A stretch of DNA of 63,968 bases, filler included, from Octopus bimaculoides (lineage: Eukaryota): NCBI RefSeq assembly GCF_001194135.2. It is 5 parts of 4 records of this genome, joined end to end, with 100 filler letters (N's around TTAATTAATTAA, not from the genome) between each part and the next. Parts side by side here need not be neighbours in the genome. Positions count along the whole stretch, not along the records: positions 34,143 to 59,561 come from NC_068996.1; 4 more parts are not named here. One strand, given 5' to 3'. The notes below the pieces were generated by a model that had not been told where the DNA came from, did not search any database, and saw nothing but the letters and a program-made list of their open reading frames with translations. The translations under genes were made by a program, and so were the position numbers. Position 1 is the first letter of the stretch. Each line of letters starts with the position of its first letter. Positions 38,070 to 50,308 of the stretch are shown one piece after another.

Positions 38070-38848
38070 CATGTCCGTGACTTTGTGGTAAGAAGTTTGC
38101 CTCCCAACAACATTGTTCGGTTTCAATCCCACCGCTTGGTACCTTATGCATGTGTCTTCTACTATAGCCCTGAATCGACGAAAGCCTTGTGAGTGGATGT
38201 GGTAGACAGAAACTGAAAGGAGCCCGTCATATATATATATATATACATACATANNNNNNNNNNNNNNNNNNNNNNNNNNNNNNNNNNNNNNNNNNNNNNN
38301 NNNNNNNNNNNNNNNNNNNNNNNNNNNNNNNNNNNNNNNNNNNNNNNNNNNNNNNNNNNNNNNNNNNNNNNNNNNNNNNNNNNNNNNNNNNNNNNNNNNN
38401 NNNNNNNNNNNNNNNNNNNNNNNNNNNNNNNNNNNNNNNNNNNNNNNNNNNNNNNNNNNNNNNNNNNNNNNNNNNNNNNNNNNNNNNNNNNNNNNNNNNN
38501 NNNNNNNNNNNNNNNNNNNNNNNNNNNNNNNNNNNNNNNNNNNNNNNNNNNNNNNNNNNNNNNNNNNNNNNNNNNNNNNNNNNNAAAATATATGCATATA
38601 CACATACAAATATGTACATACCTACATATATATGTATATATACAGGCATATATAGGTACAGGACATTAAAAAAAAACGTTAAACACAATGAGAAACGAAA
38701 ACATAGAAAACGAACTTTTTTTCGAAGAACAGAAAAACGAGACATGCAACATAAAGAGTATATCCCTTCTTCAGTTGTCCCTGTTTCATCTACTCCGTGT
38801 TTCATGCATACATACATACATATATATATACATATATACATACATACA

Positions 38849-38880
<32 letters not shown>

Positions 38881-39105
38881 CAGTTATGTGTGTATGTCTT
38901 TGAGTCTGTGTTTGTCCCACCGCAATCGCTTGACACCCGATGCTGGTTCCCGTAACCTGGCGGTTTACCTCTAAAGACTGATAGAATAAGGATTAGGCTT
39001 ACGAAGAATAAGTCCTAGTGTCAATTTCTTCGACTAAAAACCCTTTTAAGGGGGTGGTCCAGCATGGCCGCAGTCAAATCACTGAAACAAGTAAAAGGGT
39101 AAAAG
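38070..39105 (+). mobile_element. SINE family B split at its internal microsatellite (halves at 38070-38232 and 38885-39105)
   Basis: 5' and 3' halves flank a gap plus expanded (TA)/(TACA) tracts and another short repeat fragment. Confidence 0.7.
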
Positions 39106-39249
39106 AATGAAAGACTACATGAGTTTGTTGTATGTGTTTGAGTACAGAAATACAGTGAACAACAGGTGCAGTGCTTTAGGATTAGACTGTCCCATTGCAC
39201 ACCTTACTATTTCATGAGAACTTGTTGGTATGTGACATATCTATGGGGA

Positions 39250-39752
39250 GCTGAGAAAGAGGTTGAAGAGGAGAGAGAAAGAGAGAAAATTGGAGAAAGA
39301 GAAAGAGAAAGAAAGAAAGAGAGTGAGAGTAATGGAGGGAAGGAAGGGAAGAAGAAAGAGAAGGAAAGAAAGGAAGAAAAGAGAATGAAAGACAGGAAGG
39401 AAGAAAGAAAGCAAGGACGAAAGAAAGAAAGAAAGAAAGAATGATAGAAGGAAAAAACGAAAGAAAGAAAGAACAATAGAAATGGAAGGAAAGAAGGAAG
39501 AAAAAAGAAAGGAAAAGCGAAAGAAAGAAAAAAGAAACAAAGAAAGAAAGAAAGAAAGAAACAACGAAAGAAAGAAAGGAAGGAACAAAGAAAGCAAGGA
39601 CGGAACAAAGAAAGAAAGAAAGAATGATAGAAAGAAAGAATGATAGAAATGGAAGGAAAGAAGGAAGAAAAAAGAAAGGAAAAGCGAAAGAAAAAAAGAA
39701 AGGAAGGAAGAAAGAAAAAAAGAAAGAAAGAAAGAAAGTAAGGAAGAAAGAG
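39250..39752. repeat. Polypurine (GAAA/GGAA)n tract with higher-order internal duplication
   Basis: Blocks gaaagcaaggacg and atagaaatggaaggaaagaaggaagaaaaaagaaaggaaaagcgaaag each occur twice. Confidence 0.9.
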
Positions 39753-40959
39753 TGCACTGTTCTCAAATTGTATCATTGCACATGATACGATTTATTACTG
39801 CACATCGGATCATGCAGTAGGATGTTTAACTAAGCAAAAGACATGATGACATCGTGATCAACAGATCTGTGTATGGTGTCTCGTTCGCTCGGATCTCTAT
39901 ATTACTTTGTTATTCGCTCGACTCCCTGTATTATCTAGAGCAACTCAATGAGAGGAAACCTGAGGCTGCACAACAACAGTGGTCTAGGTGTGCAGTTGCT
40001 GACTTTGATGTTTCGATATGATAATTCAACGATAAAAGCAGTATATATAACGATGAAATTGCAGAAAATTCAGTCATTGGATTAAATAATTTATACTATC
40101 TTAATATTTCTCATTATTGATATTGCTATTGTTTAATCTCCTGTCAGCTCGGATTGAGCAGACATGATGAAAGGAATTCAAATCCTGACTATTCTGTCTA
40201 GACTACTGTGTACTTCAGCCGCTATTTCTATCAGAGTGATTGACCATCTAAAAGAATCCTCGTTACTGGTTCATCTCAAGCGTTTTAAGATCACATCATC
40301 CTATGTAAAGACACAATGCTCCATAACCCTGAATGCATTAAGTTATCTTTAAGATTTCACAGGATACAGTTTTCTGCACTATTTGAGAAATCAACATTAA
40401 AACTAAAAATATGTATCGTTCGTTCAATGATAGTTACCTTTTCACGAGCTAAAATCTCGTAATGTGACAATTACGACGAAAATTAAACAGCGTTCAGTAT
40501 TAAAATATCGCAACTGTCGCAAAACAAGATAGGAACGAAGAAATACCTGTCTTCTTAATTGCTAATGTCTTGAGCAATAAAATAGGAGAAAGACAGGGAG
40601 TTTAAGGATAGCTGACTATAAAGAGAAGAGTTAACTTCATCACTGAAAACTCTCTTAAGATCTTTTATAAAAAATGCGACCAAATATTTTAAACATACGT
40701 GCTGCGTCTCAACAATCACTTGAGAGCCCATAATAGAAAATAAAAAGAAAATGAGACCTACAATGACAAGTGTCAAATAAACAGCAGTGCATATTGTAAT
40801 GATTAACTCAGTCTTCGATCAGTAAATTATATTTTTCCAAAAAAAAAAAAAAAAAAGGAAGTAATTATCGGTTCATTGTCTCAAACATCCAATTTTCTAA
40901 TTTTCTCTATTGGGCTCTCCCGTCGTTTCAACGAATGAAGCTTCAGCAGAACACAGCTG

Positions 40960-41165
40960 CATAATGGTCTTAGTTCTATGTATTATTGCCTTATAGTCTC
41001 ATGTAGAAATTCAGAACAATCGGGGATTTACAGATCTTGTTGCAGACGTTGCAGTAGTAATCTCTATCATTTGGAGAAGGAGAGTACACTGGGGCCAGCT
41101 TTACGCTGGGCTCTTATCTTACAAGATATTGATCTTGGTTATCCCAAAGACAGAGGTATCATATT
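40960..41165 (-). mobile_element. RTE-like LINE 3' end remnant with C2H2-like motif
   Basis: ..NDRDYYCNVCNKICKSPIVLNFYMRL. Confidence 0.45.
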
Positions 41166-41519
41166 NNNNNNNNNNNNNNNNNNNNNNNNNNNNNNNNNNN
41201 NNNNNNNNNNNNNNNNNNNNNNNNNNNNNNNNNNNNNNNNNNNNNNNNNNNNNNNNNNNNNNNNNNNNNNNNNNNNNNNNNNNNNNNNNNNNNNNNNNNN
41301 NNNNNNNNNNNNNNNNNNNNNNNNNNNNNNNNNNNNNNNNNNNNNNNNNNNNNNNNNNNNNNNNNNNNNNNNNNNNNNNNNNNNNNNNNNNNNNNNNNNN
41401 NNNNNNNNNNNNNNNNNNNNNNNNNNNNNNNNNNNNNNNNNNNNNNNNNNNNNNNNNNNNNNNNNNNNNNNNNNNNNNNNNNNNNNNNNNNNNNNNNNNN
41501 NTATATATATATACGTGTG

Positions 41520-41979
41520 TGTGTGTTTGTGTGTCTGTGTTTGTCCCCCCAACATCGCATGACAACCGATGCTGGTGTGTTTACGTCCCCGTAATATAGC
41601 GGTTCGGCAAAAGGGTCCGATAGAATAAGCAGTAGGTTTACAAAGAATAAGTCCTGGGGTCGATTTGCTCGACTGTAAAGGCGGTGCTCCAGCAAGGCTG
41701 CAGTCAAAATGACTGAAACAAGTAAAAGAATATATATATACATACATAGACACACACACGCACTGTCTTCTACTCTAGGCACGAGGCCCAAAATATTTAG
41801 GGAGTGGGAGAGTTGATTAGATCGACTCCAGTACGTAACTGGTACTTAATTTATCGACCCTGAAAGGATGAAAGGCAAAGTCGACCTCGGCGGAATTTGA
41901 ACTCAGAACATAAAGACAGACGAAATATCGCTAAGCATTTCGCCCGGTGTGGTAACACCACTGCCAGCTCGCCGCCTTA
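41520..41979. mobile_element. SINE family B 3' half (41520-41730, +) and SINE family A copy (41762-41979, -)
   Basis: Shared family cores. Confidence 0.85.
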
Positions 41980-42004
41980 AACACACATATATATCTATAT
42001 TGTA

Positions 42005-43160
42005 TTAGCCAAAATGTTAGTTCGGTATTTGTGTCGACATTAAACTTCAAGCACTGATAAATAGCTAACTTCAGTCTGCTCCTCGCACATACACACTCGT
42101 TAGATACTTGATATTTCAACGTGGTTCGACGCGAATTTGCGACGAGATAGATTGTATTTTGTGTGCCTGAGATCATCCTCAAATAGAGAACTAAAGTGAA
42201 TATTATCGATACCTCATATTTTTAAAACATTTTAAGAAAGGCAAGAAAGGGGCTAAAACCTACAGGCAGATATGCGTTGTGTACACAGAGGAAGTTTTTT
42301 TATGGAACGTATGTGCCAAAAGCGGTTTATAAGATTTTGATCGGGAAATTTTTCATCCCGAAATGAACCTTTTTGACCAGCTAGCTGATATAAAAGGCGA
42401 GAAAATAAAGGAGTTAGTCCTCCCCAATCACCCTTTATTCGATCAGAATGATTACAAATACTCTTCAAATATGCAAATCGAGTGGCTCGATGTTTGGGCC
42501 CCATATCAATGAAATCAAGTTAACCTCGCGCAACGGATCTCCATCTGCGATTCGTTGCAGAAATATGAAGAAAACTGCATTTTTGAAGAGGATAATGGCA
42601 GGAGCTGGAAAATGATTCGTCTATAACAACGTGAAGTGCAAACGATCACAGGGAAAGTATGGCGAACTACCACAAACAACTTTCCAAAGCTTACGACGTG
42701 GTGGGATTGGATGGATGTTGCCATTTACGAGCTTCTTTCGACGCACAGGACCATCAATTCGAAAATGTACTTTGGCCAGTAGGACAAAATAGATGTGGCG
42801 ATCCCCCAATAAAATCTCCTGAACTTGTTAACCGGAAAGGTTTTGCTTTTCATCACGACAATGTCAGACTGCACATTACTCTGCAGACACGAAAGTTGTT
42901 ACCTGTTTTGGTCACTTCAACATTCATTGAACGAACAAACCTTTAGCTCTGAAGAGAAAGTAAAAATCCATTCTAAAAACTTTCTTTCTAGTAATGACAG
43001 GAAATACTTTGAGCAAAGAATAATAGTTCAGCCCACAAGTAGGTTAAAACTACTGAAACGAAACCGTAAATATACCATTGATTGAATAAATCATTTGGTG
43101 TTCAACACTTTTGATTTTATTTTCTCTTAAAAAAAGAAAACAACTAATTTGTCGTTAAAT
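42005..43160 (+). mobile_element. Decayed mariner (DD34D-type) transposon
   Basis: Frameshifted transposase motifs: RIMAGAGK*FVYNNVK (cf. RIVTGDEKWIxYxN), VNRKGFAFHHDNVRLH (cf. VFHQDNARPH), FSSEEKVK. Ends are approximate. Confidence 0.75.
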
Positions 43161-43697
43161 GCTTGAAATAAGGAGTAGATAGACAGCTGACAACTGATGA
43201 AGTGTCCTTTCACTGTGTTAACTTATCCTGTTCTTCGCATTGTTTATGTATTTCATGTCATTTGAACTGTTGGTGACGTCCAGTACCAATATATGCATGT
43301 ATATATATTATTTAGCATTTTATATATATATATATATATATATATGCCCGTGTGTGTGTGTGTGTGTGTGTAATTGGAAATCAAGAGGAGAGTGGAGATT
43401 TATTTACATCCAAAACATTTTTATTAAATTGTTCTTATACAGGATATATAACAATGACCGACATATGTTTCTACTGAAGCAACTGCACATTGCTCTGTAT
43501 ACACTTATGGACATATATATTTTTTATCTTCTAATTGTTTCAGTCATGTGACTGAGGCCATGCTGGGGCACCGCCTTGAAATGTTTTAAACCGATAAATC
43601 GACCCCAGAATTTTCTTTTTAATCAAATTAAAGTTTAAATTAATGCCATATCGCAATTAAATACATGTGCATTTGCATAGAAAGACAGATAGCTCGG

Positions 43698-43765
<68 letters not shown>

Positions 43766-44174
43766 CAGATAGATAGATAGACTTGAGAGCGAGAGAGAGA
43801 GAGAGAGTTATAGATGGATGGATGGATGGATGCAAGAAGTATTTACAGCTGCATATGATAGAACATTAACACGAGTTGCCTTATGAAGCAAGACGTTTAA
43901 ACGTTTGGCAACACGAAAAACTGAAATCAATTTCATTTAACATATTGTATAAGAAAACTTGATGCAATGTCGCAATAACTTATATGCTCAACAAATAAAT
44001 AATTGACATAAAGAGACCCTTAGTGATTGCAATTCCGATATCACTACGCCGTAATATCGAATTAATGCAGTGGATACACAAACATCTGAATTCCTCTATG
44101 ATTTGCTGAGAGCTGTAGTCAAGTGCAATGGTTAATTTCACGAACGTATCTTGCAACGGCAAGAATTAGTTTTA

Positions 44175-44700
44175 CCCATCACATGGTTCCGGGATCGGTC
44201 CCATTGTATGGCACCTTGGAAAAGTGTCTTCTATTACAGCATCGGGCCAACCAAAGCCATGTGAATGGATTTGGTAGACGGAAACTGAAAGAAGCCTGTC
44301 ATATATATAAATATGCGTGTGTGTGTTTGTGGAGTGTGTATCCCTGTGTGTCCGTATTTGTCTCCCACCACCGCTTGGCAATTGGCGTTGGTGCACTCTG
44401 TTATGTGTTTCGGGTTCTATGAACCCAGAAAAACAGCCAAATCAAAAAATTAGAGCTACAATCGTTTTATCATATATAAACATTGTAAAGCTTTCGTAAA
44501 GTTTTGCATTTACTAAAATCCACATAAGCAACGTTACCGACGTTTGCATTTTTTGTCTTTTATTCTTTTATCTTTTGCTTGTTTCAGTTATTTAACTGCG
44601 CCCTTGCTGAGGCACCGTCTTGAGAGATTTTTAGTCGAACGAATCGGCCTCAGTACTTATTTTTTAAAAGTCTGCTACTCATACTGTCGGTCTCTTGTCG
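44175..44700. mobile_element. SINE family B fragments (44175-44395 +, about 44570-44700 -)
   Basis: Family B cores. Confidence 0.7.
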
Positions 44701-44704
44701 AGAG

Positions 44705-45737
44705 TCATAGCATGCAATCGAGGTAGGCACTGAAGTTTATCCTGCTTTCTGCACTGTCAATCATCCCAAACAGTTGGCGAAGTATTGCTGCAATGCTACA
44801 TATATGAGATTAGGCTCCAATACCGTGTGCCCATTTTAATCTACCAAAGACCGAATTGTGGCTTTGTTTCCACGTTGTGTCTCTGCCACTAGGGCCTAGC
44901 GAACGGCATTCTTTCCCTCTTGTCTTATAGCACGCATCTGAGCTCTGCCAATGTAAATTTCGTATTTGACATTGATGAATAGTTCCAGGGCTAATATCGC
45001 GGCCAGCACTTCGGTTGTAATGTTTTTTTACTAAGCGCCATTTCTAAGCTTTTAATTTAGATTCTTTCTATTCTATTTCTTTCTATCACTAAATGTTGAT
45101 CTACTTTCTCACTTTTGTTGCAGGAAAATGGTTTTGAGATGAGTTGTGTCCCTACACAAATGATATCTCGGTTTTCGCCCTCAGCGGTCACTTGAAGGTC
45201 AGTGCTATCTGGCAAATATATAATGGCCGGGATTGCTTTTGAACGTCCATGATCCATCCGCACCCATAACTCCAGGCCTTGCTCCAACCAGCTTTGTTTT
45301 TTGTAGTTTTTGCACCTGCATAATATTTGTTTTGTTCTTTGTGATAAGAGCTGCCACCAACCAGCAGATGTTTATATCTGGTGGTATGTCTTCAATTTTA
45401 ATTTTCACTACATTGCTTGTAGTGATAGGAAGAACCGACATCGAGGAATTAAGGAACAAACGCTTGACCGCCACAAGCCAGTGATCATCGTGGTAACTTT
45501 TATTATACACACGGCGTGCTCGTAGCTCTCTGGTATTTGGAAAGGATAGATGGGCCACATTTTCGAACTGATAATCGAGATCTAGCGTGATTTTGCCTTT
45601 TTGCTGGACGTATCGTTTCCGTCCACGCTGAACTCGCTTTGGAACACCTGCGTTACCGTTTAACAGACGTACCACCTCTGTCAAACTCTTCGAGCGACAC
45701 TCTTGACTTCTTCGTTTGGTGAGGACGACTCCGCCAT
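44705..45737 (-). mobile_element. Decayed L1/Tx1-like LINE: ORF1-like region (about 45100-45737) joined to an ORF2 linker fragment (44705-45018)
   Basis: The ORF2-like piece RAQMRAIRQEGKNAVR*ALVAETQRGNKATIRSLVD*NGHTVLEPNLIYVALQQYFRQLF matches the Tx1/L1 post-endonuclease linker. The upstream piece (KIKIEDIPPDINICWLVAAL..QGLELWV..LPDSTDLQVTAEG) resembles Tx1-type ORF1 as I recall it; frameshifts present. Confidence 0.55.
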
Positions 45738-46001
45738 ATTAATATTTAGATAAATATTTCGAAAAGAATTCATTTCTTATCGAAATTTCGTCCCTTTTGA
45801 CAAATAATAACTTTTGTACACATTCTTATGGTTGGCTCAAAACACGACACAATATACAGCAAAAACGAAAAGGGGGAAAGAAAAATAGATTTATAACAAT
45901 GTAAAAAAGTCAATTACTCAGTGTTCACTACACGTCTTAATGTCCTGTCTTGACGATCAACAACAGCAACAACAACAACAATAATAATATTAATTGTCAA
46001 T

Positions 46002-46335
46002 TTAAAGTGCGAAATACGAAGGTTGTGGTCAATGAGGAGAGTAGAAGTGGTATCAATAGTAATTGGTGCACTTGTTAGTATCAGCACTCAAGTACCACCA
46101 TGGTGTAAAAAGATTGGCACAAATGCAAAAGTAGAACACTTACAAAAGTTACCATTGATTGGAACTGCAAGAATTCTTCGCAGGATTCTTGAAGAATGAC
46201 CAGTAAACAAGCGTCATCTTAGTCTGCTGGCTGTGGACAGCCGGCACTTTCCATCATACCTAGCAAAATAAGCTGTGAGTTGATTAATAATGATAATGAT
46301 GATGATGATGATGATGATGATGACGATGGTGATGA
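46002..46335 (+). mobile_element. 3' end of an RLE-type (R4/NeSL-like) non-LTR retrotransposon with (AAT)/(GAT) tail
   Basis: 46002-46199 encodes LKCEIRRLWSMRRVEVVSIVIGALVS..EHLQKLPLIGTARILRRILEE*, the typical RLE C-terminus (P-IVIGALG..LQKxxLLGTARILR). Confidence 0.75.
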
Positions 46336-46359
46336 TAAATAAATAAATAGATTAAATTC

Positions 46360-46885
46360 CCTGATGTAATAAAAGGCAGTGGCTTTCATGGCTTCTGATC
46401 TTAATGGATTGGAAGTGTTATCATGTACATTGTTTTGTCTTGCTATAAAAGATGGGCTACAGCAAATATTCTGCTTAATACCACAGATTTGCTTGTCAGT
46501 TGCTTGACNNNNNNNNNNCTGCTTAATACCACAGATTTGCTTGTCAGTTGCTTGACTTTAACCAGTTGAGTATGTCTCTTGGTGGCTGACGATATGTGCA
46601 TCTCTGATCAGGAGCAGAAGTAGTGGGGGAGCATCATAGTTACGTGTTGAGAGGAATTCTTTGGGGTTTGGATAATTTATCTTTGGAAACATAGCTGTTT
46701 TGCTCAACATCCTTAAACAACCCTTATTAAGGGACCTTTTGAACAGGATGGGCCACTCGACCTGAAGAAAATTGTAACTGGGCCCCACCTGCAAGGTCAT
46801 GCACTGTTAATCTTGATATGAAATTACCATGTCGCACGCGTGTTTGTGATGCATGTGCCTGGTGTACCCTTATCAGATGGGTAGT
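46360..46885 (-). mobile_element. SINE family D, longest copy
   Basis: Matches 10355-10670 and 24090-24395; contains a 38-nt duplication across a 10-N gap. Confidence 0.8.
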
Positions 46886-47455
46886 ATGTATGTATATTTA
46901 TATATATACATCCATGTATGTGTATATACATANNNNNNNNNNNNNNNNNNNNNNNNNNNNNNNNNNNNNNNNNNNNNNNNNNNNNNNNNNNNNNNNNNNN
47001 NNNNNNNNNNNNNNNNNNNNNNNNNNNNNNNNNNNNNNNNNNNNNNNNNNNNNNNNNNNNNNNNNNNNNNNNNNNNNNNNNNNNNNNNNNNNNNNNNNNN
47101 NNNNNNNNNNNNNNNNNNNNNNNNNNNNNNNNNNNNNNNNNNNNNNNNNNNNNNNNNNNNNNNNNNNNNNNNNNNNNNNNNNNNNNNNNNNNNNNNNNNN
47201 NNNNNNNNNNNNNNNNNNNNNNNNNNNNNNNNNNNNNNNNNNNNNNNNNNNNNNNNNNNNNNNNNNNNNNNNNNNNNNNNNNNNNNNNNNNNNNNNNNNN
47301 NNNNNNNNNNNNNNNNNNNNNNNNNNNNNNNNNNNNNNNNNNNNNNNNNNNNNNNNNNNNNNNNNNNNNNNNNNNNNNNNNNNNNNNNNNNNNNNNNNNN
47401 NNNNNNNNNNNNNNNNNNNNNNNNNNNNNNNNNNNNNNNNNNNNNNNNNNNNNNN

Positions 47456-47509
<54 letters not shown>

Positions 47510-47589
47510 TTGTGTGTGTGTGTGCGTGTGTGTCCACGCGTCTTTTGTATTTTGTGTTTGTCTCCCCTCCAAATGTGTTTTTCAGTCAG

Positions 47590-47750
47590 TGTTAACCAGG
47601 GATATAACCATTATTCCCAGTACTTGTGTAGCATTTTATCGACACCCAAGTTAACAGTGGCGGAATTTGGACTCAAAATCTAAAGAGCTGAATAAGGTAC
47701 TGCTTAGTACTTCATCTGACGCTCAAACGATTTTGCCAGCTCGTCAATTT
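47590..47750 (-). mobile_element. Degenerate SINE family A copy
   Basis: ttttatcgacacccaagttaacagtggcggaatttgactc. Confidence 0.55.
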
Positions 47751-48589
47751 AAAAAAATAAAATAAAATAGAACTATGTGAACAAAAATATGAGGATGTAG
47801 GGTGCATCATCATAAACTCTTGATTTTACTGAAAATGTAATATTTATGTACTTGTATAGCAAGTGACCTGATCTGAGATCGTGTGCTGGAAAGAAATCAA
47901 TTGCAGCGTGGAAGGTGTTTATATGCCACTTAAAATAACACACAAAAGCCGTCAGATTCACTTCAACATTTAAATTTGATTTGTCAAAATATTTTCGTCG
48001 CTTTGAGACCGCGGCCTCTTCACTGACAAAATTATGTGCTGCATCTGAGAAAGTAACAGTTAGTTCATGGTATAAAAAAAAGGAATCACCCCCGTCCTCG
48101 CATAAAATGAACAAAGAACATATAATAGACAGGTAAAACACACAGATAAAAATATGATCACGATAAGACGACAGGGGAGTCACAGCTAAAATGATTTATC
48201 AAAGGAATTAAGGCTGTAGCTTCTGGCGAAAGAACAGATACAAGCAAAAAGCAACAGCAACAATAAAAGCAACAATGATAGGTTATAAATCAAGATGAAA
48301 TAACATTAAGTATGAAATATAAAGAATATTGATTCTAAAGTGTCCCGATAAAGCAACATGAAATGCAGACAGAAATTAATTCCTGATATGCACCAGAGAT
48401 GAACATACAAGGCTTGTGTATGATTCGTTGTGAAGACATTAAATGTCACTACACAAAGAACCAGTACACAAGTAAAATCTATATTCGAACTGTATAAAGA
48501 AAAAGAATAATAAAAAAGAGAAAAAGCATACAAGATATTTCAGAAACATCTAGGTGGTATTTCTCTCTCTATCTCTATCTCTACCACGT

Positions 48590-49310
48590 GTGAAGTGGCA
48601 TAACTCAGTTGTTAGAACGTCGGGCTTAACATCGTGAGGTTGTGATATCTGTTCCCGGACCAGGCTGTGTTGTGTTCTTGAGCAAGACACTTTATTTCAG
48701 TTTGCTCCAGTTCAGTCAGCTGTAGCAATGAGTTGCAACTGGTACCAAGCTGTATCAGCTTTTGCATTTCCCTTGCATAACATCAGTGGTCTGTAGAAAG
48801 AAGACTGGTATTCATGGGCAACTCTAGTTGTCCACAAACAACCTTGCTCGGACTTGTGTCTACGATAGGTACTTTCTATATGCAATCTCATGATAATTCC
48901 TGACTGAAGGGAGCGTTTACCTTTGCCTCTATAGCCTCAGACCGACCAAAGCTTTGCGAGTGGATTTGCTAGACGGAAACTGAAAGAAGTCCGTCGTATA
49001 TATATATATATATATATACATATATATATNNNNNNNNNNNNNNNNNNNNNNNNNNNNNNNNNNNNNNNNNNNNNNNNNNNNNNNNNNNNNNNNNNTGTTT
49101 GTGTGTCTGTGTTTGTCTCCCCAACATCGCTTGACAACCGATGCTGGTGTGTTTACGTCCACGTAACTTAGCGGTTCGGCAAAAAGAGACCGATAGAATA
49201 AGTATTAGGCTTCCAAAGAATACGTCCTGGGGTCGATTTTCTCGACTAAAGGCGGAGCTCCAGCTTGGCCACAGTCAAATGACTGAAACAAGTAAAAGAG
49301 TAAAAGAGTA
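48590..49310 (+). mobile_element. SINE family E (48590-48900) followed by SINE family B (48920-49310)
   Basis: tRNA-like head gtggcataactcagttgttagaacgtcgg with gtgttcttgagcaagacacttta core; then family B. Confidence 0.75.
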
Positions 49311-49869
49311 TATTCGACTTTTTTTCTTTTACAATTCAAAGGGTTTTAGTTTTTAACAAATATTTGCACGCTTTCATTCATTGCTTTGCCCGCTATAATC
49401 CTAGAATGGGCAGTGACACAAGTGTTACAGCTAACTGGAGACTAGATGGCACATGGTCAAGTCCGGCGGTGTCCACTTGTTGAGGGTGATTTCATGTAGG
49501 GAGACCCGAAATATCCAATGATCCCAGAAAACAGATCTGGTGATGCGTCTCGGTGGATTTGTTTTATTTGTTTATGCTTAAGGTTATATTCATGAATGTA
49601 TGTATGTATGTATGTATGTATGTGTGTATGTATGTATGTATGTATGTATATACACACATACATACACACACACACGCACACATAGAAATACAAGGGTTAT
49701 AGAATGGAGTTGGTAAGATCTGGTCTACATATGTTTCATAGTGGGCGGAATCTGTGAAGTGGTAAATATCCAAGCGAGGTGTACGCCGCCGGCTAATTTT
49801 CAGGCCAAGAGTGGTGCTTTGATTAGATTAAATGTTACATTTTCACAAGGATGTACATGTTGACGCATG

Positions 49870-49938
<69 letters not shown>

Positions 49939-49940
<2 letters not shown>

Positions 49941-50051
49941 CAATTAGAATATGGAGGAGAATATGCGGCATCCATCGACTTGCAAACTCAACGGAATACA
50001 TTGTCTGCAAGTCGATGGATACCGCATATTCTCCTCCATTTTCTAATTGCT
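49939..50051. repeat. Long inverted repeat: 46-bp arms, 2 mismatches, 21-nt loop
   Basis: agcaattagaatatggaggagaatatgcggcatccatcgacttgca (49939-49984) versus tgcaagtcgatggataccgcatattctcctccattttctaattgct (50006-50051). Confidence 0.95.
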
Positions 50052-50260
50052 ATATAAATTTAGGGTAAAATAACCCCCCTTTTACCCGCACCCACTTATT
50101 GCACTTGGTATAACACTAGTGTAGCAATAATTGGGTACCCTCCCAGCAGTATATTGGATAGATACTATTCCTTAGTGGGTTATGAGCAATAGTGGTGTCA
50201 ATTAGACACCTATTTCCTATCTTAACTAAACTAACTATTGCTTAATCATCCTCTCACACC

Positions 50261-50308
50261 GTCTCCGATGAAGGGATATAATACATATCCTGAAAACAGC
50301 TGTAGGAC
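50261..50308 (+). ncRNA. Minimal type I hammerhead ribozyme motif, copy 1 (slightly degenerate)
   Basis: gtct-CCGATGA-a-gggata/tatcct-GAAA-a-c-agct-GTA-ggac: stem I gtct/ggac, stem II, palindromic loop III; one register shift relative to copy 2. Confidence 0.6.

Noticed and set aside
40555-40820. Hydrophobic ORF on the - strand (ITICTAVYLTLVIVGLIFFLFSIMG) with a possible gtatgt donor
   Set aside because: T-rich composition explains the hydrophobicity; no convincing acceptor or family motif.
43850-44170. ORF IIEEFRCLCIHCINS on the - strand as a host exon
   Set aside because: Contains stops when extended and loosely resembles a decayed LINE RT thumb (F.YLG); too degenerate to call either way.
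45205-45684. 159-aa ORF as a host gene or Ulp1-like protease (HDDHWLV)
   Set aside because: No catalytic Cys motif in frame; frameshifts and adjacency to a Tx1/L1 ORF2 fragment favour LINE ORF1.
46471-46556. 38-nt direct repeat flanking a 10-N gap
   Set aside because: Typical unmerged contig overlap inside a SINE D copy; assembly artefact.
47990-48035. Hammerhead-like arrangement on the - strand (ttgtca-GTGAAGA-g-gccgc..gcgac-GAAAatattt-tgacaa)
   Set aside because: Position 3 is G, so the essential C3-G8 pair is absent, and stem II has an extra base and a mismatch; at best a relic.
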